From Macrostomum lignano (taxonomy: Eukaryota), in assembly GCA_002269645.1 (NCBI GenBank), contig NIVC01003539.1:28224-92223 (forward strand): a stretch of 64,000 bases of DNA. The letters are read 5' to 3'. Position 1 is the stretch's first letter; each line of letters begins with the position of its first letter. The notes under the pieces were generated by a model. The model was not told where the DNA came from. It searched no databases and worked only from the letters and a program-made list of their open reading frames with translations. Both the position numbers and the translations under genes were made by a program. Positions 28,037-40,009 of the stretch are shown piece by piece.

Positions 28037-29010
28037 CACGCAGGGCAAACTCACCTGAAAGGTGACCCGCTGCAGCCGGATGACAATAAGCTGCACCAGC
28101 CGCACCATGGTGAGCCGGTGCTGCGGCTTGGCCAGCAACTCGGCCAGCCGGCCGGCGGGAATTCGCAGCACGCGGCACTCGGACGAAGCCACAACGGCGC
28201 GCAAAGATTTGAGCTTAGGCGAAGAACCAGTGAGAACTTCTAAGAAGCTGAGCAGAGAACAGATTGAGTGATGCTCGCCAAACTCGTGAAACTGCTGCTG
28301 TTGCTGCTGCTCCAGCAGGAGGAGTCGAACCCGGCCCCGCTGCACAATGTACAGATCCCCGTCGGCGTCGCCCAAATCAAAGAGAGTCTCGCCGTGGCGC
28401 AGCTGCACAATCTCCAGGCATTTGCACATCTCCAATAGAAACGATTTCTCCAATCCGTCGAATATCCTGAGCGACCGCACGGCCAGGTAAAACTCGTTCA
28501 GCATTGGCGGCGGCCAGGCGGAGTCGTCGTCGGCATCCGTTGGCTCCAGGAAATAGTCCGGTATGCCGTCCATCAGCGATTGCCGCTGCCTCAGCTGCTG
28601 CTGCTGCTGCTGCTGCTGGTACCGCTGGCCGGGCCTGAGCAGCTGCATCAACTCAGCGCCCTGCGGCAGGCGCGGCATTGTGGGCAAGTTTGGCGCCGCC
28701 TGCCGCATCACGCGGCGCAGCCAGTAGCTCAGACGGTCGCGCTTGCGAAACGCCGACCTGGACGGCTGCTGCGTCAGCGACGGATTGCGAAGCCTCGACC
28801 GGCCAGCCAGCTGCGGCCGGCCAGAAGCCGGTGCCCCTCGCTGCGCCAGCGGCCGACCGGTCGACCAGTAGCGCCGATAAAAGTACAGCAGCAGCAGGGC
28901 GCCGGACAGGGTCAGCAGAGCGGTGAGCACCAGGGCGTCCTGGCCCTGCCCCAGCTGGGGAATCAGCCGGATTGGGAACGGCTGCAGTTGTTGGGGCGGG
29001 GCTGCGGAGT
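18182..29010 (-). CDS. sws: Neuropathy target esterase / patatin-like phospholipase (PNPLA6/7, swiss cheese); two apparent single-base frameshifts; no in-frame ATG found
   Basis: Exons about 29010-28055, 27461-26753, 26354-26143, 25635-25351, 24434-24051, 23439-23064, 22035-21876, 21352-20609, 19690-19454 and about 18873-18182. N-terminal TM segment, cNMP-binding repeats, patatin motifs [47 protein letters not shown]. Confidence 0.93.
18960..19290. repeat. Dispersed non-coding repeat family, copy 1 (others at about 24550-24860 and 30480-30800)
   Basis: Shared blocks GAGTCGCT.TAGAATC.CTGAG.TGCGTCTAAAG (three places) and GATGCCCTAGTGACTCAACA.TCGCCTCTCAGTCGCATTGCAGTCG (copies 1 and 2). Class and exact ends not resolved. 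Confidence 0.7.
19770..20525. repeat. 30-bp minisatellite GCTAATTGAGCTCCAGTGTCACACAGGTAA
   Basis: Tandem units in an NTE intron. Confidence 0.96.
21375..21750. repeat. 36-bp G-rich minisatellite
   Basis: GTACATTTGGGGGCAGAGGCTGGGGTAGGGGTTAAT units. Confidence 0.95.
22125..22687 (+). pseudogene. Degenerate Penelope-like element fragment (GIY-YIG endonuclease) in an NTE intron
   Basis: Translates as [51 protein letters not shown], then after a frameshift [17 protein letters not shown]. In-frame stop at about 22239. Confidence 0.75.
23503..24040. repeat. 46-50-bp minisatellite filling an NTE intron
   Basis: CACTCATTCAGCAGCCTCTCAACCAGCTTGGCTTCCATAGCTACCT units. Confidence 0.95.
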
Positions 29011-29079
29011 CTGCGTGGATTCAGTTTGCCTAGCAACTAAATCTAATCTTAATTAGACAACCTTATCTTAACTTGATAG

Positions 29080-30175
29080 AGTAAGTGGAACACAAATCTC
29101 ACCCCCATAGAGTAAGCGGAGCTGAAATCTAAGCCTCATAGAGTAAGCGCAACTGAAATCTAAACATCATAGAGTAAGCGGAACTGAAATCTCACCCCAT
29201 AAGAGTAAGCGGAACTGAAATCTCACCCCTATAGAGTAAGCGGAACTGAAATCTCACCCCTATAGAGTAAGCGGAACTGAAATCTCACCCCATAAGAGTA
29301 AGCGGAACTGAAATCTCACCCCTATAGAGCAAGTGGAACTGAAATCTCACCCCCATAGAGTAAGCGGAACTGAAATCTCACCCCTATAGAGTAAGCGGAA
29401 CTGAAATCTAAACCTCATAGAGTAAGCGGAACTGAAATCTAAACCTCATAGAGTAAGCGGAACTGAAATCTAAACATCATAGAGTAAGCGGAACTGAAAT
29501 CTCACCTCATAAGAGTAAGCGGAACTGAAATCTCACCCCTATAGAGTAAGCGGAACTGAAATCTCACCCCCATAGAGTAAGCGGAACTGAAATCTAAACC
29601 TCATAGAGTAAGCGGAACTGAAATCTCACTCCCATAGAGTAAGCGGAACTGAAATCTCAACTCGATAGAGGAAGCGGGACTGAAATCTCAACCCGATAGA
29701 GTCAGCGAAAATGAAATCTTACCTCATAGAGTAAGCGGAACTGAAATCTCAACTCGATAGAGTAAGCGGAACTGAAATCTCAACTCGATAGAGAAGCGGG
29801 ACTGAAATCTCAACTCGATAGAGTAAGCGGGACTGAAATCTCAACTCGATAGAGTAAGCGGGACTGAAATCTCAACTCGATAGAGTAAGCGGGACTGAAA
29901 CCTCAACCCCATAGAGTAAGCGGAACTGAAATCTCAACTCGATAGAGTAAGCGGAACTGAAATCTCAACTCGATAGAGTAAGCGGGACTGAAATCTCAAC
30001 TCGATAGAGTAAGCGGGACTGAAATCTCAACTCGATAGAGTAAGCGGGACTGAAATCTCAACTCGATAGAGTAAGCGGGACTGAAACCTCAACTCGATAG
30101 AGTAAGCGGGACTGAAATCTCAACTCGATAGAGTAAGCGGGACTGAAACCTCAACCCCATAGAGTAAGCGGAACT
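29080..30175. repeat. 31-bp minisatellite TATAGAGTAAGCGGAACTGAAATCTCACCCC
   Basis: Tandem units with a left-to-right variant gradient. Confidence 0.96.
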
Positions 30176-31299
30176 CAACAATTTAGTACACAGGAACTAC
30201 AGCAGTTAATAAAGATTTATTTAGTTAAAAAAAACAAAATTTTGAAACACAGCTAAAAATTTTCTGACAATTTCAATAGGTAGTGGAAAAGCTTTGAAAA
30301 AAGTTGAGTAAAATATATATAAGAAGCTAAATGAACCACATTATGGAATGTATAACACACACACACACACGCACACACACACACACACACACACATACAC
30401 ACATACACACGATATTACGAGTACAATACAATAGGAAGCACATACGCGATATAAGAATTAGGTTAGTTGATTGAGATTATAACATTTTACTCGCCATTTA
30501 AGCTTATGGTTGTCTACTCGCATCTCAATTGATCCAGTAAGCAATGACAACTGCTTACGGGGAAAAGTCTATTTGAGGCGTTTTATTGTCTGCGACTCTG
30601 CAATGCCTCTGGGACGCTTCTTTAATGCCTCTGGGGCGCTTCTATAATGACTCTGGGGCGCTTCTATAATGCCTCTGGGGCGCTTCTATAATGACTCTGG
30701 GGCGCTTCTATAATGCCTCTGGGGCCGTAGAGTCCTAGCTTCCTAGCTGAAGCCTGCCAGAGTCGCTGTAGAATCACTGAGATGCGTCTAAAGGGAACTT
30801 TTTGAAGCACTTTATGAAGATGATCGATGAAAAAGCAGTTTAGTTGTGGATGCCCATGTTCGGTACCATGCTGCAGGATCTACAAGTAACCACTGGACTA
30901 GCGAAAGCAGTTGCCATTGAGTGCTGTGTTTTGCCGCAGTGCATCAAGTGAGATGAACCTGCATAAGCTTAAACGGGACGCAAAAGGCTAAATTATTATT
31001 TTGTGAAAGACAGGCCCAGCAAAGCAAAGGAAAATTCACTGGGAATCCAAGTCTCTGAAGAGAACGCCATTTTTGATTGGCGAAAACAACGTGAACTGCG
31101 TGAGAAAACTGTAAATAAAAATGACAAGATGCTATGGTAAGAACTGACATAGGCAGAGCTGGAAACCGAAGTCAGGACACTACGCATTAATACAATGGAG
31201 ATGGAAAATTTGAATGATTGAGATTTTTTGGATAGAAAGTGCAAAAGGTTAAGAATAGACAATGTTGGGAAGCTAAAAATTGGGATTCATGAATAGGGA

Positions 31300-31732
31300 A
31301 GACGGTAGGATCTGTGGGTGGGGAACAGCAGAATGGGATCTGTGAGTGGGGAATAGAATGGGATCTGTGAGTGGGGAACAGAATGGGATCTGTGAGTGGG
31401 GAACAGAATGGGATCTGTGAGTGGGGAACAGAATGGGATTTGAGTGGGGAACAGAATGGGATCAGTGACTGGGGAACAGAGTGGGATCTGTGAGTGGGGA
31501 ATAGAATGAGATCTGTGAGTGGGGAACAGAATGGGATCTGTGAGTGGGGAACAGAATGGGATCTGTGAGTGGGGAACAGAATGGGATCTGTGAGTAGGGA
31601 ACAGAATGGGATCTGAGTGGGGAACAGAATGGGATCAGTGAGTGGGGAACACAATGGGATCTGTGAGTGGGGAACACAATGGGATCTGAGTGATCTGAGA
31701 ATGGGATCTGAGTGGGGAACAGAATGGGATCT
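31300..31732. repeat. 25-bp minisatellite ATCTGTGAGTGGGGAACAGAATGGG
   Basis: Tandem units. Confidence 0.95.
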
Positions 31733-31817
31733 TAATGTAAGAATAATGGGGTGTGTATAGAATTAGCTAGCGGAGGACATTGTCACCAACAAAAGCAGCT
31801 CATGCAGTCACACCCAG

Positions 31818-34800
31818 TTACTCCCCAGCAACCAAGGCGGCGGCAGGCCTCCGACCGTAGACCAGCACGCACGGTACAGCGAAGGCGGCCTCGTCAAAGA
31901 CCCGACTATCAGCCGACAGGCAGTCGACTCTGCCGTCTTCCAAACGGTGCCATCGACAGGCGCCGGCGTCGCCATGGCGACTGCGAACGTAAACAACGTA
32001 TTGCTGCTGAAAGCATCGATAGCGCCAGGCAACGGCCAGCAGATCGTAGCAGTCAGAAGCAGAAGCAGCAGAACCTTCTTCTCCGCTGATTAACGGCGAA
32101 AATCCTCGAATTGGGAAGTCCAAAACGGCTGCCCGATGGTGGCGGCAGTCTGCAAGGCGAATCAGCAGGACTGGCGGCAGCGGAGGCCGCAGCCGCTGGC
32201 GTCGGATGGCCCGCTGGCCGAAAGCGCCGCAGGACGGGCACAGCCAGGCCTGGCGCCGGTCCAAGCCGCTGCCCGGCCGCCACAGCTCGGACAGGCAGTC
32301 GGACAGGCGGACGCGGTTGCGGCTACGGACGGGGCCGGACTGGCACCGACTGGCATCCCAGTTGAAGTCTTGGGCGGACTGCAGTTGGCGGTTGGAATAG
32401 GGGCTGCGCTATTTATTGAGTTGGGAGCTTAAACAGCCCAAATGATAATCCATGAACTATCAATAGTGGAGCTTGGACTGGAGTCCCAGATTCCTAACTC
32501 ACAGACATGGACTATCAATAGTGGAGCTTGGACTGGAGTCCCAGATTCCTAACTCACAGACATGGACTATCAATAGTGGAGCTTGGACTGGAGTCCCAGA
32601 TTCCTAACTCACAGACATGGACTATCAATAGTGGAGCTTGGACTGGAGTCCCAGATTCCTAACTCACAGACATGGACTATCAATAGTGGAGCTTGGACTG
32701 GAGTCCCAGATTCCTAACTCACAGACATGGACTATCAATAGTGGAGCTTGGACTGGAGTCCCAGATTCCTAACTCATGGACTATCAATAGTAGAGCTTGG
32801 ACTGGAATCCCAGATTACCAATCCATGGACTATCAATAGTAGAGCTTGGATTGGAGCCCCCGATATCTCCGATATCTTAAATAAGTTAAATCAAGGTAAG
32901 GATCCAAAAATGACCCCCATGACAGATGAGTCGACACAAACTCACCCAGGACCGAACCTGAAACCATTCAGGCCTGGGCGGCGGCGGCGGCGGCGGCACC
33001 AGCAGGTCGTCGGCATCTTCGGTGGCAGCCCTCGGCACCGCGGCGAAATACTCTATAGCAGCCGGGCCGCCGCTCGATTCCCAGGTGTCGTTGAGATTTG
33101 AAAACGTGACAGCCCGACAGTCTGTCTGATAGAAATCGAACTGGCAGTGCTCAAACAGATTAGCTAGCTCAGTTTTCAAGCTATTTAACCTGTCATTTAG
33201 GCTGGACAAGCTCACAGCCAATGGAAAGCTGGCAGGCTTCCTACAGCACTGTACGCTGCTGATGCCATGTACACAATAGCGAGAATGTGGTCGCGAGTTC
33301 GAATGCAAAACTGGACTGGTTGGACCAGCTCGTAACAGTACATAGAATCCTCCTGGTGCGGTAGGCCTAAAAAGTACAGGGATAGAGTTTAAACGTGATT
33401 TGATCAATTATGATCCCCGCAACAAAATCGGGGATTCTGATCCCAGCAGCACTATTTGGGATTTTGATCCCAGCAAAATTATTAGGAATTTTGATTCCAG
33501 CGAAATTATTAAGGGATTTTGATCCCAGAAAAACTGGGGATTTTGATCCCAAACACTATTTACTGGGGATTTTAATTCCAACAAAACTACTGGGGATTTG
33601 AGCCCAACAAAACTACTGGGGATTTTGATCCCAACAAAACTACTGGGGATTTTGATCCCAACAAAACTACTGGGGCTGGGGATTTTGATTCCAACAAAAC
33701 TACTGGGGCTGGGGATTTTGATTCCAACAAAACTACTGGGATTTTGATCCCAACAAAACTATTGGGGATTTTGATCCCGACAAAACTACTGGGGATTTTG
33801 ATCCCAACAAAACTATTGGGGATTTTGATCCCGACAAAACTACTGGGGATTTTGATCCCAACAAAACTACTGGGGATTTTGATCCCAACAAAACTACTGA
33901 GGGATTTTGATCCCAACAAAACTACTGAGGGATTTTGATCCCAACAAAACTACTGAGGGATTTTGATCCCAACAAAACTACTGGGGATTTTGATCCCAAC
34001 AAAACTACTGGGGATTTTGATCCCAACAAAACTACTGGGGATTTTGATCCCAACAAAACTACTGAGGGATTTTGATCCCAACAAAACTACTGGGGATTTT
34101 GATCCCAACAAAACTACTGGGGATTTTGATCCCAACAAAACTACTGGGGATTTTGATCCCAACAAAACTACTGGGGATTTTGATCCCAACAAAACTACTG
34201 GGGATTTTGATCCCAACAAAACTACTGAGGGATTTTGATCCCGACAAAACTACTGGGGATTTTGATCCCAACGAAACTACTGGGGATTTTGATCCCAACA
34301 AAACTACTGAGGGATTTTGATCCCAACAAAACTACTGAGGGATTTTGATCCCAACAAAACTACTGAGGGATTTTGATCCCAACAAAACTACTGGGGATTT
34401 TGATCCCAACAAAACTACTGGGGATTTTGATCCCAACAAAACTACTGGGGATTTTGATCCCAGCAACAATTTGAAAACAAAATAAAGTCTGCATTACCAG
34501 CATCTCACCATAGTCTGTGTACCAATCGTCCGCAGAGAACACCCTAGCCACTTTGCCGTCAGTCAGTTGAGCCAACAGCAGACAGTCGGAACGAATCTGG
34601 ATAAGTGTACAAAAATCTCAGTTTTCTATTGGCAGTCAGTATATCAACTAATCTCATAACGCAACAGCTACTGACCTCAAATTTTGCCCCAATCAGGGCG
34701 CACAGATCGCCTGCTTGGCCAGCAGTCGGAGCGTCGATTCGACAGCGCGTCGGCTGATAGCGTCGCCCGGTTGCCAATGGCAACGCCGGCACCAGACAGA

Positions 34801-37800
34801 AATGAAACGGATGCAGATTGGCAGATGGCAACAGTGAGTCGGTCGGAGAGTTCAGGCTGAGCTGCACAAACGGCTGGCAAGCATCGGACTGGTGGCCGCA
34901 CTCACAGCATTCGGTGACGCACTGCAGCTGACCTGTGAACAGATCCGACACCAGTGTGACCGCCGCCGCTTCAGCGTCTGCCTCTCTGGGCGGCTGTTTC
35001 TTGGAAGCCGAGTGTCCGGCGGCCAGCTCCACATGGAGGCCATTCAGCAGGCAAGCCAGGTAATCCTTTTTGGTAGTAATTACAGTTTGAAACTTTATAA
35101 GCTCGAAAGTCTTGTCTGCAACTCTCACTAGAGCAGAGGTTCACATTGTTTTAAATATTTAAACTGTCCGTTATATACAGATCAAGGTAGATCTTGTGAA
35201 GGGTAGATCCGTGAAGGTTAGATCTTGTAAAGTTTCTATATTGTAAAGGTTAGATCCTGAGAAGATCAGATCTTGTGAAGGTTAGATCCTGTGAAGTAGG
35301 ATGGATCCTGTAAAGCGTAGATCCTGTGAAGGATAGATCCTGTGAAGGATAGATCCTGTGAAGGATAGATCCTGTGAAGGATAGATCCTGTGAAGGATAG
35401 ATCCTGTGAAGGATAGATCCTGTGAAGGATAGATCCTGTGAAGGATAGATCCTGTGAAGTAGGATGGATCCTGTAAAGCGTAGATCCTGTGAATGATAGA
35501 TCCTGTGAAGTAGGATGGATCCTGTAAAGCGTAGATCCTGTGAAGGATAGATCCTGTGAATGATAGATCCTGTGAATGATAGATCCTGTGAAGGATAGAT
35601 CCTGTGAATGATAGATCCTGTGAAGGATAGATCCTGTGAAGGATAGATCCTGTGAAGAATAGATCCTGTGAAGCATAGATCCTGTGAAGGATAGATCCTG
35701 TGAAGGATAGATCCTGTGAAGAATAGATCCTGTGAAGAATAGATCCTGTGAAGCATAGATCCTGTGAAGAACTTATGAAATCCTTCATCTGATTAAAGAC
35801 TTTGCTTTTCACGGATATACTCATAAAACTTGGCATTGCCACTTCTCGACACAATATAAAGGATCCAATTAAAGAGATTGATAGTAAGAATGATTGTTAA
35901 CGAATATTCAAAAAGTAAGAATCAATACATTTTTGCAAATAAGACAATCATGGTTCTCGTAGGAACTGAGCCCAACTCACAACGCATTCCAAAGACGCAG
36001 CGACAGAGTCAACTCTGCTCAACTCTTCTTTCTGATCAGCGCAAGCCGACATTGTAGCCCGCAATTGGCGCATTAAGATTCGCCTAACAGCTCTGGCCGA
36101 CACAAACTCGTACAGGCCGGAGGTCATTGCGCGCAGCAGTTCGCAGGTTGCGTCAGTCAGTGGACGACGACGACGACCAGCGCCGTCGCCTGCTGCGAAG
36201 GTTTGAGATTGCCACTGCCGGAATTAGAGTTGCTAGACTTGGGCATACTGTATCAGCTTATATTCTCAGCAAGCAACCCTACCAGGCGGTAGGACGAGCA
36301 GCTGATCGACCAAGCGCGGCACGCCGCACAGCAGCTGTAGAGCGGCGTTCAAAGCGCCAGCATCGGCTCCAGGATTGGATAGGCCGCAACAGCAGCCTGC
36401 GGGGAAGCGCAGTCAGTGAGTCAGTGAGTCAGCTAGTTGCTGAGTTAGTGAGTCAGTGAGTTAGTCAGTGAGTCAGTGATTCAGTGAGTGAGTCAGTGAG
36501 TGAGTGAGTGAGTCAGTCAGTCAGTCAGTGAGTCAGTGAGTCAGTGAGTCAGTGAGTCAGTGAGTGAGTCAGTCAGTCAGTGAGTCAGTGAGTCAGTGAG
36601 TGAGTCAGTGAGTCAGTCAGTCAGTGAGTCAGTCAGTGAGTAGTCAGTGAGTCAGTGAGTCAGTGAGTGAGTCAGTGAGTCAGTCAGTCAGTGAGTCAGT
36701 CAGTGAGTAGTCAGTGAGTCAGTGAGTCAGTGAGTGAGTCAGTCAGTCAGTCAGTCAGTCAGTCAGTCAGTGAGTCAGTCAGTGAGTAGTCAGTGAGTCA
36801 GTGAGTCAGTGAGTCAGTCAGTGAGTCAGTCAGTCAATCAGTGAGTCAGTGAGTCAGTGAGTCAGTCAGTGAGTCAGTGAGTCAGTGAGTCAGTCAGTGA
36901 GTCAGTCAGTGAGTCAGTGAGTTAGTGAGTCAGTGAGTAATTTTTTTATTAGAGGCAGGGGGTTGTGTGCACCCTGGCGCACTTTAAGCGACATAGGCAC
37001 ACAACCGGCGAGAGGCATTACTGCCCATTCCCATTCCGCCGACTCCCCTGAGCAGGCATACAAGCGCGTGGATACGTACGCAGGCACACACTCACACAGG
37101 AGTGTACAGCGGCCCTAACTTTATATTATCGTTAGGCATGTACACTTCACTGCGCCTTGGGGGGTTGGCTCTCAAGGCCGTTAATTGCACGAGCAGAGCC
37201 AAGCCGAGATTCCAATTAAGCCCCAAATTAATGTGACTGCACTTGGAATCGAGCCTGGGTCGCTGGCACACCAGAGCAGCTGCGCTACCGCTGGGCTACG
37301 GCCCCCCTTGAGTCAGAGTGAGTGAGTGAGTGAGTGAGTGAGTGAGTGAGTGAGTGAGTGAGTGAGTCAGTCAGCCAGTCAGTAAACGCACAGCTAGCCT
37401 GGCTCATAGCAGGCAGCGGCGGTGGCTCCAGCAGGCCGGAGCGGGCGTCAACCACAGCGCCGGCTTCAATAGCGGCGGTGGCAGCGTCGGCGCGCGGCCA
37501 GTGGCCGCTGGCATCGGCGCCGCGGACAACGCGCAGTTCGATAAGTGCGCACTGGCCAGATCGAACTCTGCCGCGCAATGTCAAAGAGCTGTCAGTCAGC
37601 GGGGGGGGGAAAAATTGATAAGGATACTCGCTTCACAATCTTTACTCGCTACTCAGTAGTAGGCGATCTCTTACTAAGCATCGTAATTAAACTTGAGAGC
37701 ACAGAATTAATGCTACTCACTAGTCGGTCACGAGTTCGAATCCGCCACTACCGCAGCAGTCGCCAGCAGGCGGAGACAGCCAGAGCCTGGCCGGGGTGTC

Positions 37801-38016
37801 CGCAGACCAGCTGGCAGCATTATTGGCAGCTTTGATCTCGGCTTGATTGCCGGTGAGCAGAGCTGTCTGAGCAGCGTTGAGCACAGCGGCAAAGGTGTCA
37901 GTGGGTTGGAACCGGTGCACCAAACGGAGATCTGGTCGAGCAAAGCTGGACAGAGTCAGGCTGAGACTGGGGTCTCGCGATTTTGACTGATCAGAGTCTG
38001 CCAAATTGCTGTCCAT
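31818..38016 (-). CDS. USP4/11/15-like ubiquitin-specific protease, probably catalytically inactive
   Basis: Phase-consistent exons 38016-37721, 37588-37392, 36396-36283, 36192-35981, 35065-34676, 34596-34509, 33352-32946 and 32378-31818. UBL-like GQCALIELR...GHWPR, LLNGLHVEL, Zn-finger CCECGH...PFVQLSL and WLCPSC, LPPVLLIRL, YDLLAV...WHRLED...VLVYGRR. Further upstream exons are possible. Confidence 0.82.
32452..32850. repeat. 55-bp near-perfect tandem repeat
   Basis: ATGGACTATCAATAGTGGAGCTTGGACTGGAGTCCCAGATTCCTAACTCACAGAC units. Confidence 0.96.
33410..34465. repeat. 27-bp minisatellite GGGGATTTTGATCCCAACAAAACTACT
   Basis: Tandem units in a USP intron. Confidence 0.96.
35185..35770. repeat. 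16-bp minisatellite TGTGAAGGATAGATCC
   Basis: Tandem units. Confidence 0.96.
36410..36935. repeat. (AGTC/AGTG)n microsatellite; a second tract at about 37311-37382
   Basis: Simple repeat. Confidence 0.96.
36941..37307 (-). mobile_element. tRNA-derived SINE; a second, degenerate copy lies at about 38248-38615
   Basis: Head GGGGGCCGTAGCCCAGCGGTAGCG...CCCAGGCTCGATTCC with A-box- and B-box-like motifs, and a CTAATAAAAAAA tail. The body is shared with the 38250-38615 copy. Confidence 0.7.
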
Positions 38017-39711
38017 GCCAGGGCGCAGGGACTGAGTTGACAAATAATCATATGACTGATGCAGACATGAAATTGAGTGAGAATAAATAAGTGATATACT
38101 CAATCGAGATTGCTATGTTTGCAATTGGTTTATCATTTAAACAATTAAAATTTAAATGTATACACATGCTCGCTGGCCTATAATAAGTAGAAGATAGACA
38201 GTCTTTGCTTTCTAGATATGGCTTTTCTTCTAAATAAATTAATGTTATTTTTATTAGAAGCAAGGGGCTGTGTGCACCCTAGCGCACTTTAAGTGGCATT
38301 GACACACAACTGGCAAGAGGCATTACTGCCCATTCTTCTGATTCCCCTGAGCAGGCACACACTCACAGGAGTGTATATCAGCCAATCCAGCCAATCTAGC
38401 TGGCATAAATTGTGGTAGACATAGACTGCAATTGTAAATTTCACATTTTCAGCCAAAACCAAGTTACATGGCTAGTGTAATCTCAGATTTTGTGCATGCA
38501 TGATAGCAGGCCTAACTTATTTATCATAAGATGTATGCCTTGGGAAGCTGGGATTGGCTTTCAATGGTATTAACTGCATAAGCAGAGCCAAGCCAAGATT
38601 CAAATTTAGCCCTTAATTAATTCCAGATTCATCAAAAATAAGATCAATAAAAGCTATTTTGCCAAGGTAAGAGCAACCTTTCTGATTTTAACTTGCCAAT
38701 TGGCTAGTGAGTCAACTAAATATCTAACAAACAAAAATAATAAAAGCTAGTCTATTATATTTCAATTTAGTTATACAATATATTATAATTATATGCTGGG
38801 TTTTTTGCTGGCACTAAGATGTGAGATTATATCCAAGGTCAAATTACAGAATACAATTTGGAAAGTCAATATATTATATAGCATCTCTATTAATGGCTAT
38901 TGTATAAAAAACCTAAAAAACCTACTAGGCCTAGATTTTTGCTAGTGCTAGGATATAAAATTATATCCAAGGTCTAATTTATAGATGTAGGGTGCAAGCC
39001 TAACTTAGAAAGTCAAGATGCTATATAGACCTATAGGCTAGGTAAGCCTATTTACTATATAGCTAAATAATGTATAACTTTGGCCAATTAGTTATTACCA
39101 ACATTAAAATAAATATAATAGGATTGGGATGGCTACACACTAAATGATAAATGGAATAGGGTGGCTGACTAAGAGTGAAAGATGAATGAGTCATTATGCT
39201 AATTGCCATTTTCCACACTCCTTACAGATACTATTTTTGGGGGAAATTCTTATATGCAACAAGGTTCTAAATAGTCTAATACTGCATGCATGGCAAGTAT
39301 CAAAGGTTTAGCAAAGCTTTTGGCATGCTCTGCCTAGTAGTGCTATAAACTTTTTTTATTGGCATGCCACAACTGTCAAAAGACCAAAGAAGGTCCTATA
39401 GCTTATATTGTTGCAATTCTAGAAAAGGTCCTTAGGCTTTATTGTTATGCTTGTATAACCATGAAATTTGCCTCTGGTTCATTGGTGCATACTCAATGGA
39501 TTTGATCCAATCCTCCAACATGTAACATGTAAGGCAAAAAATTCTCATATACATAGTGCATATATAGGACCATAGGCCATTTGCTTAGTTTGTTATATAA
39601 ATTAACTATATAGTAGAAGTCAAACAAGATCTAGATCTCAATTTTGGCACTTTTTTCAATCTTAATATTAGTTTCAAGATCTTGAAAAAAAGTCAAGATT
39701 TATACTGTAAC

Positions 39712-40009
39712 CATACATGCGCAACCTGCAAAATTCGGTCGGCCATGCGACTTCATTTTAACAAAAATGCGACGTAGTTTTTGGCCAAAAATGCGACTTA
39801 CATATAAAAAAACCCTGACTCAAAATTAACGCAACTTTGGATAAACGGCAGGAGTAACTATGACTGTCTTATTAAGTCAAAATGCCTCGTCAGCTACTTA
39901 GTACTACTACTTTGGTATTTTTTCGGGTGGGAATTTTTGCGACTTCCTTGGTTGGTCGCCAAATCGGTCGGCCAGATCGGCCGACTTGGCCGACTGTTGC
40001 GCATGTATG
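39712..40009. mobile_element. 298-bp MITE with perfect 14-bp TIR and 8-bp TSD (hAT/P-type)
   Basis: TIRs CATACATGCGCAAC (39712-39725) and GTTGCGCATGTATG (39996-40009). TSD ACTGTAAC at 39704-39711 and 40010-40017. Confidence 0.9.

Noticed and set aside
30491-30497. ATGGCGA/GTAAAA as a phase-1 first exon of NTE
   Set aside because: The phase fits, but the sequence matches the TTTACTCGCCA start of the dispersed repeat also seen at 18962, and the donor is weak.
37240-37307. Bona fide tRNA gene
   Set aside because: Imperfect B box, no clean cloverleaf, and continuous with a SINE-like body and A-tail.
1-37400. Dozens of long ORFs with periodic translations ([43 protein letters not shown] and similar)
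   Set aside because: They are translations of micro- and minisatellites lying within or between introns of recognisable genes.
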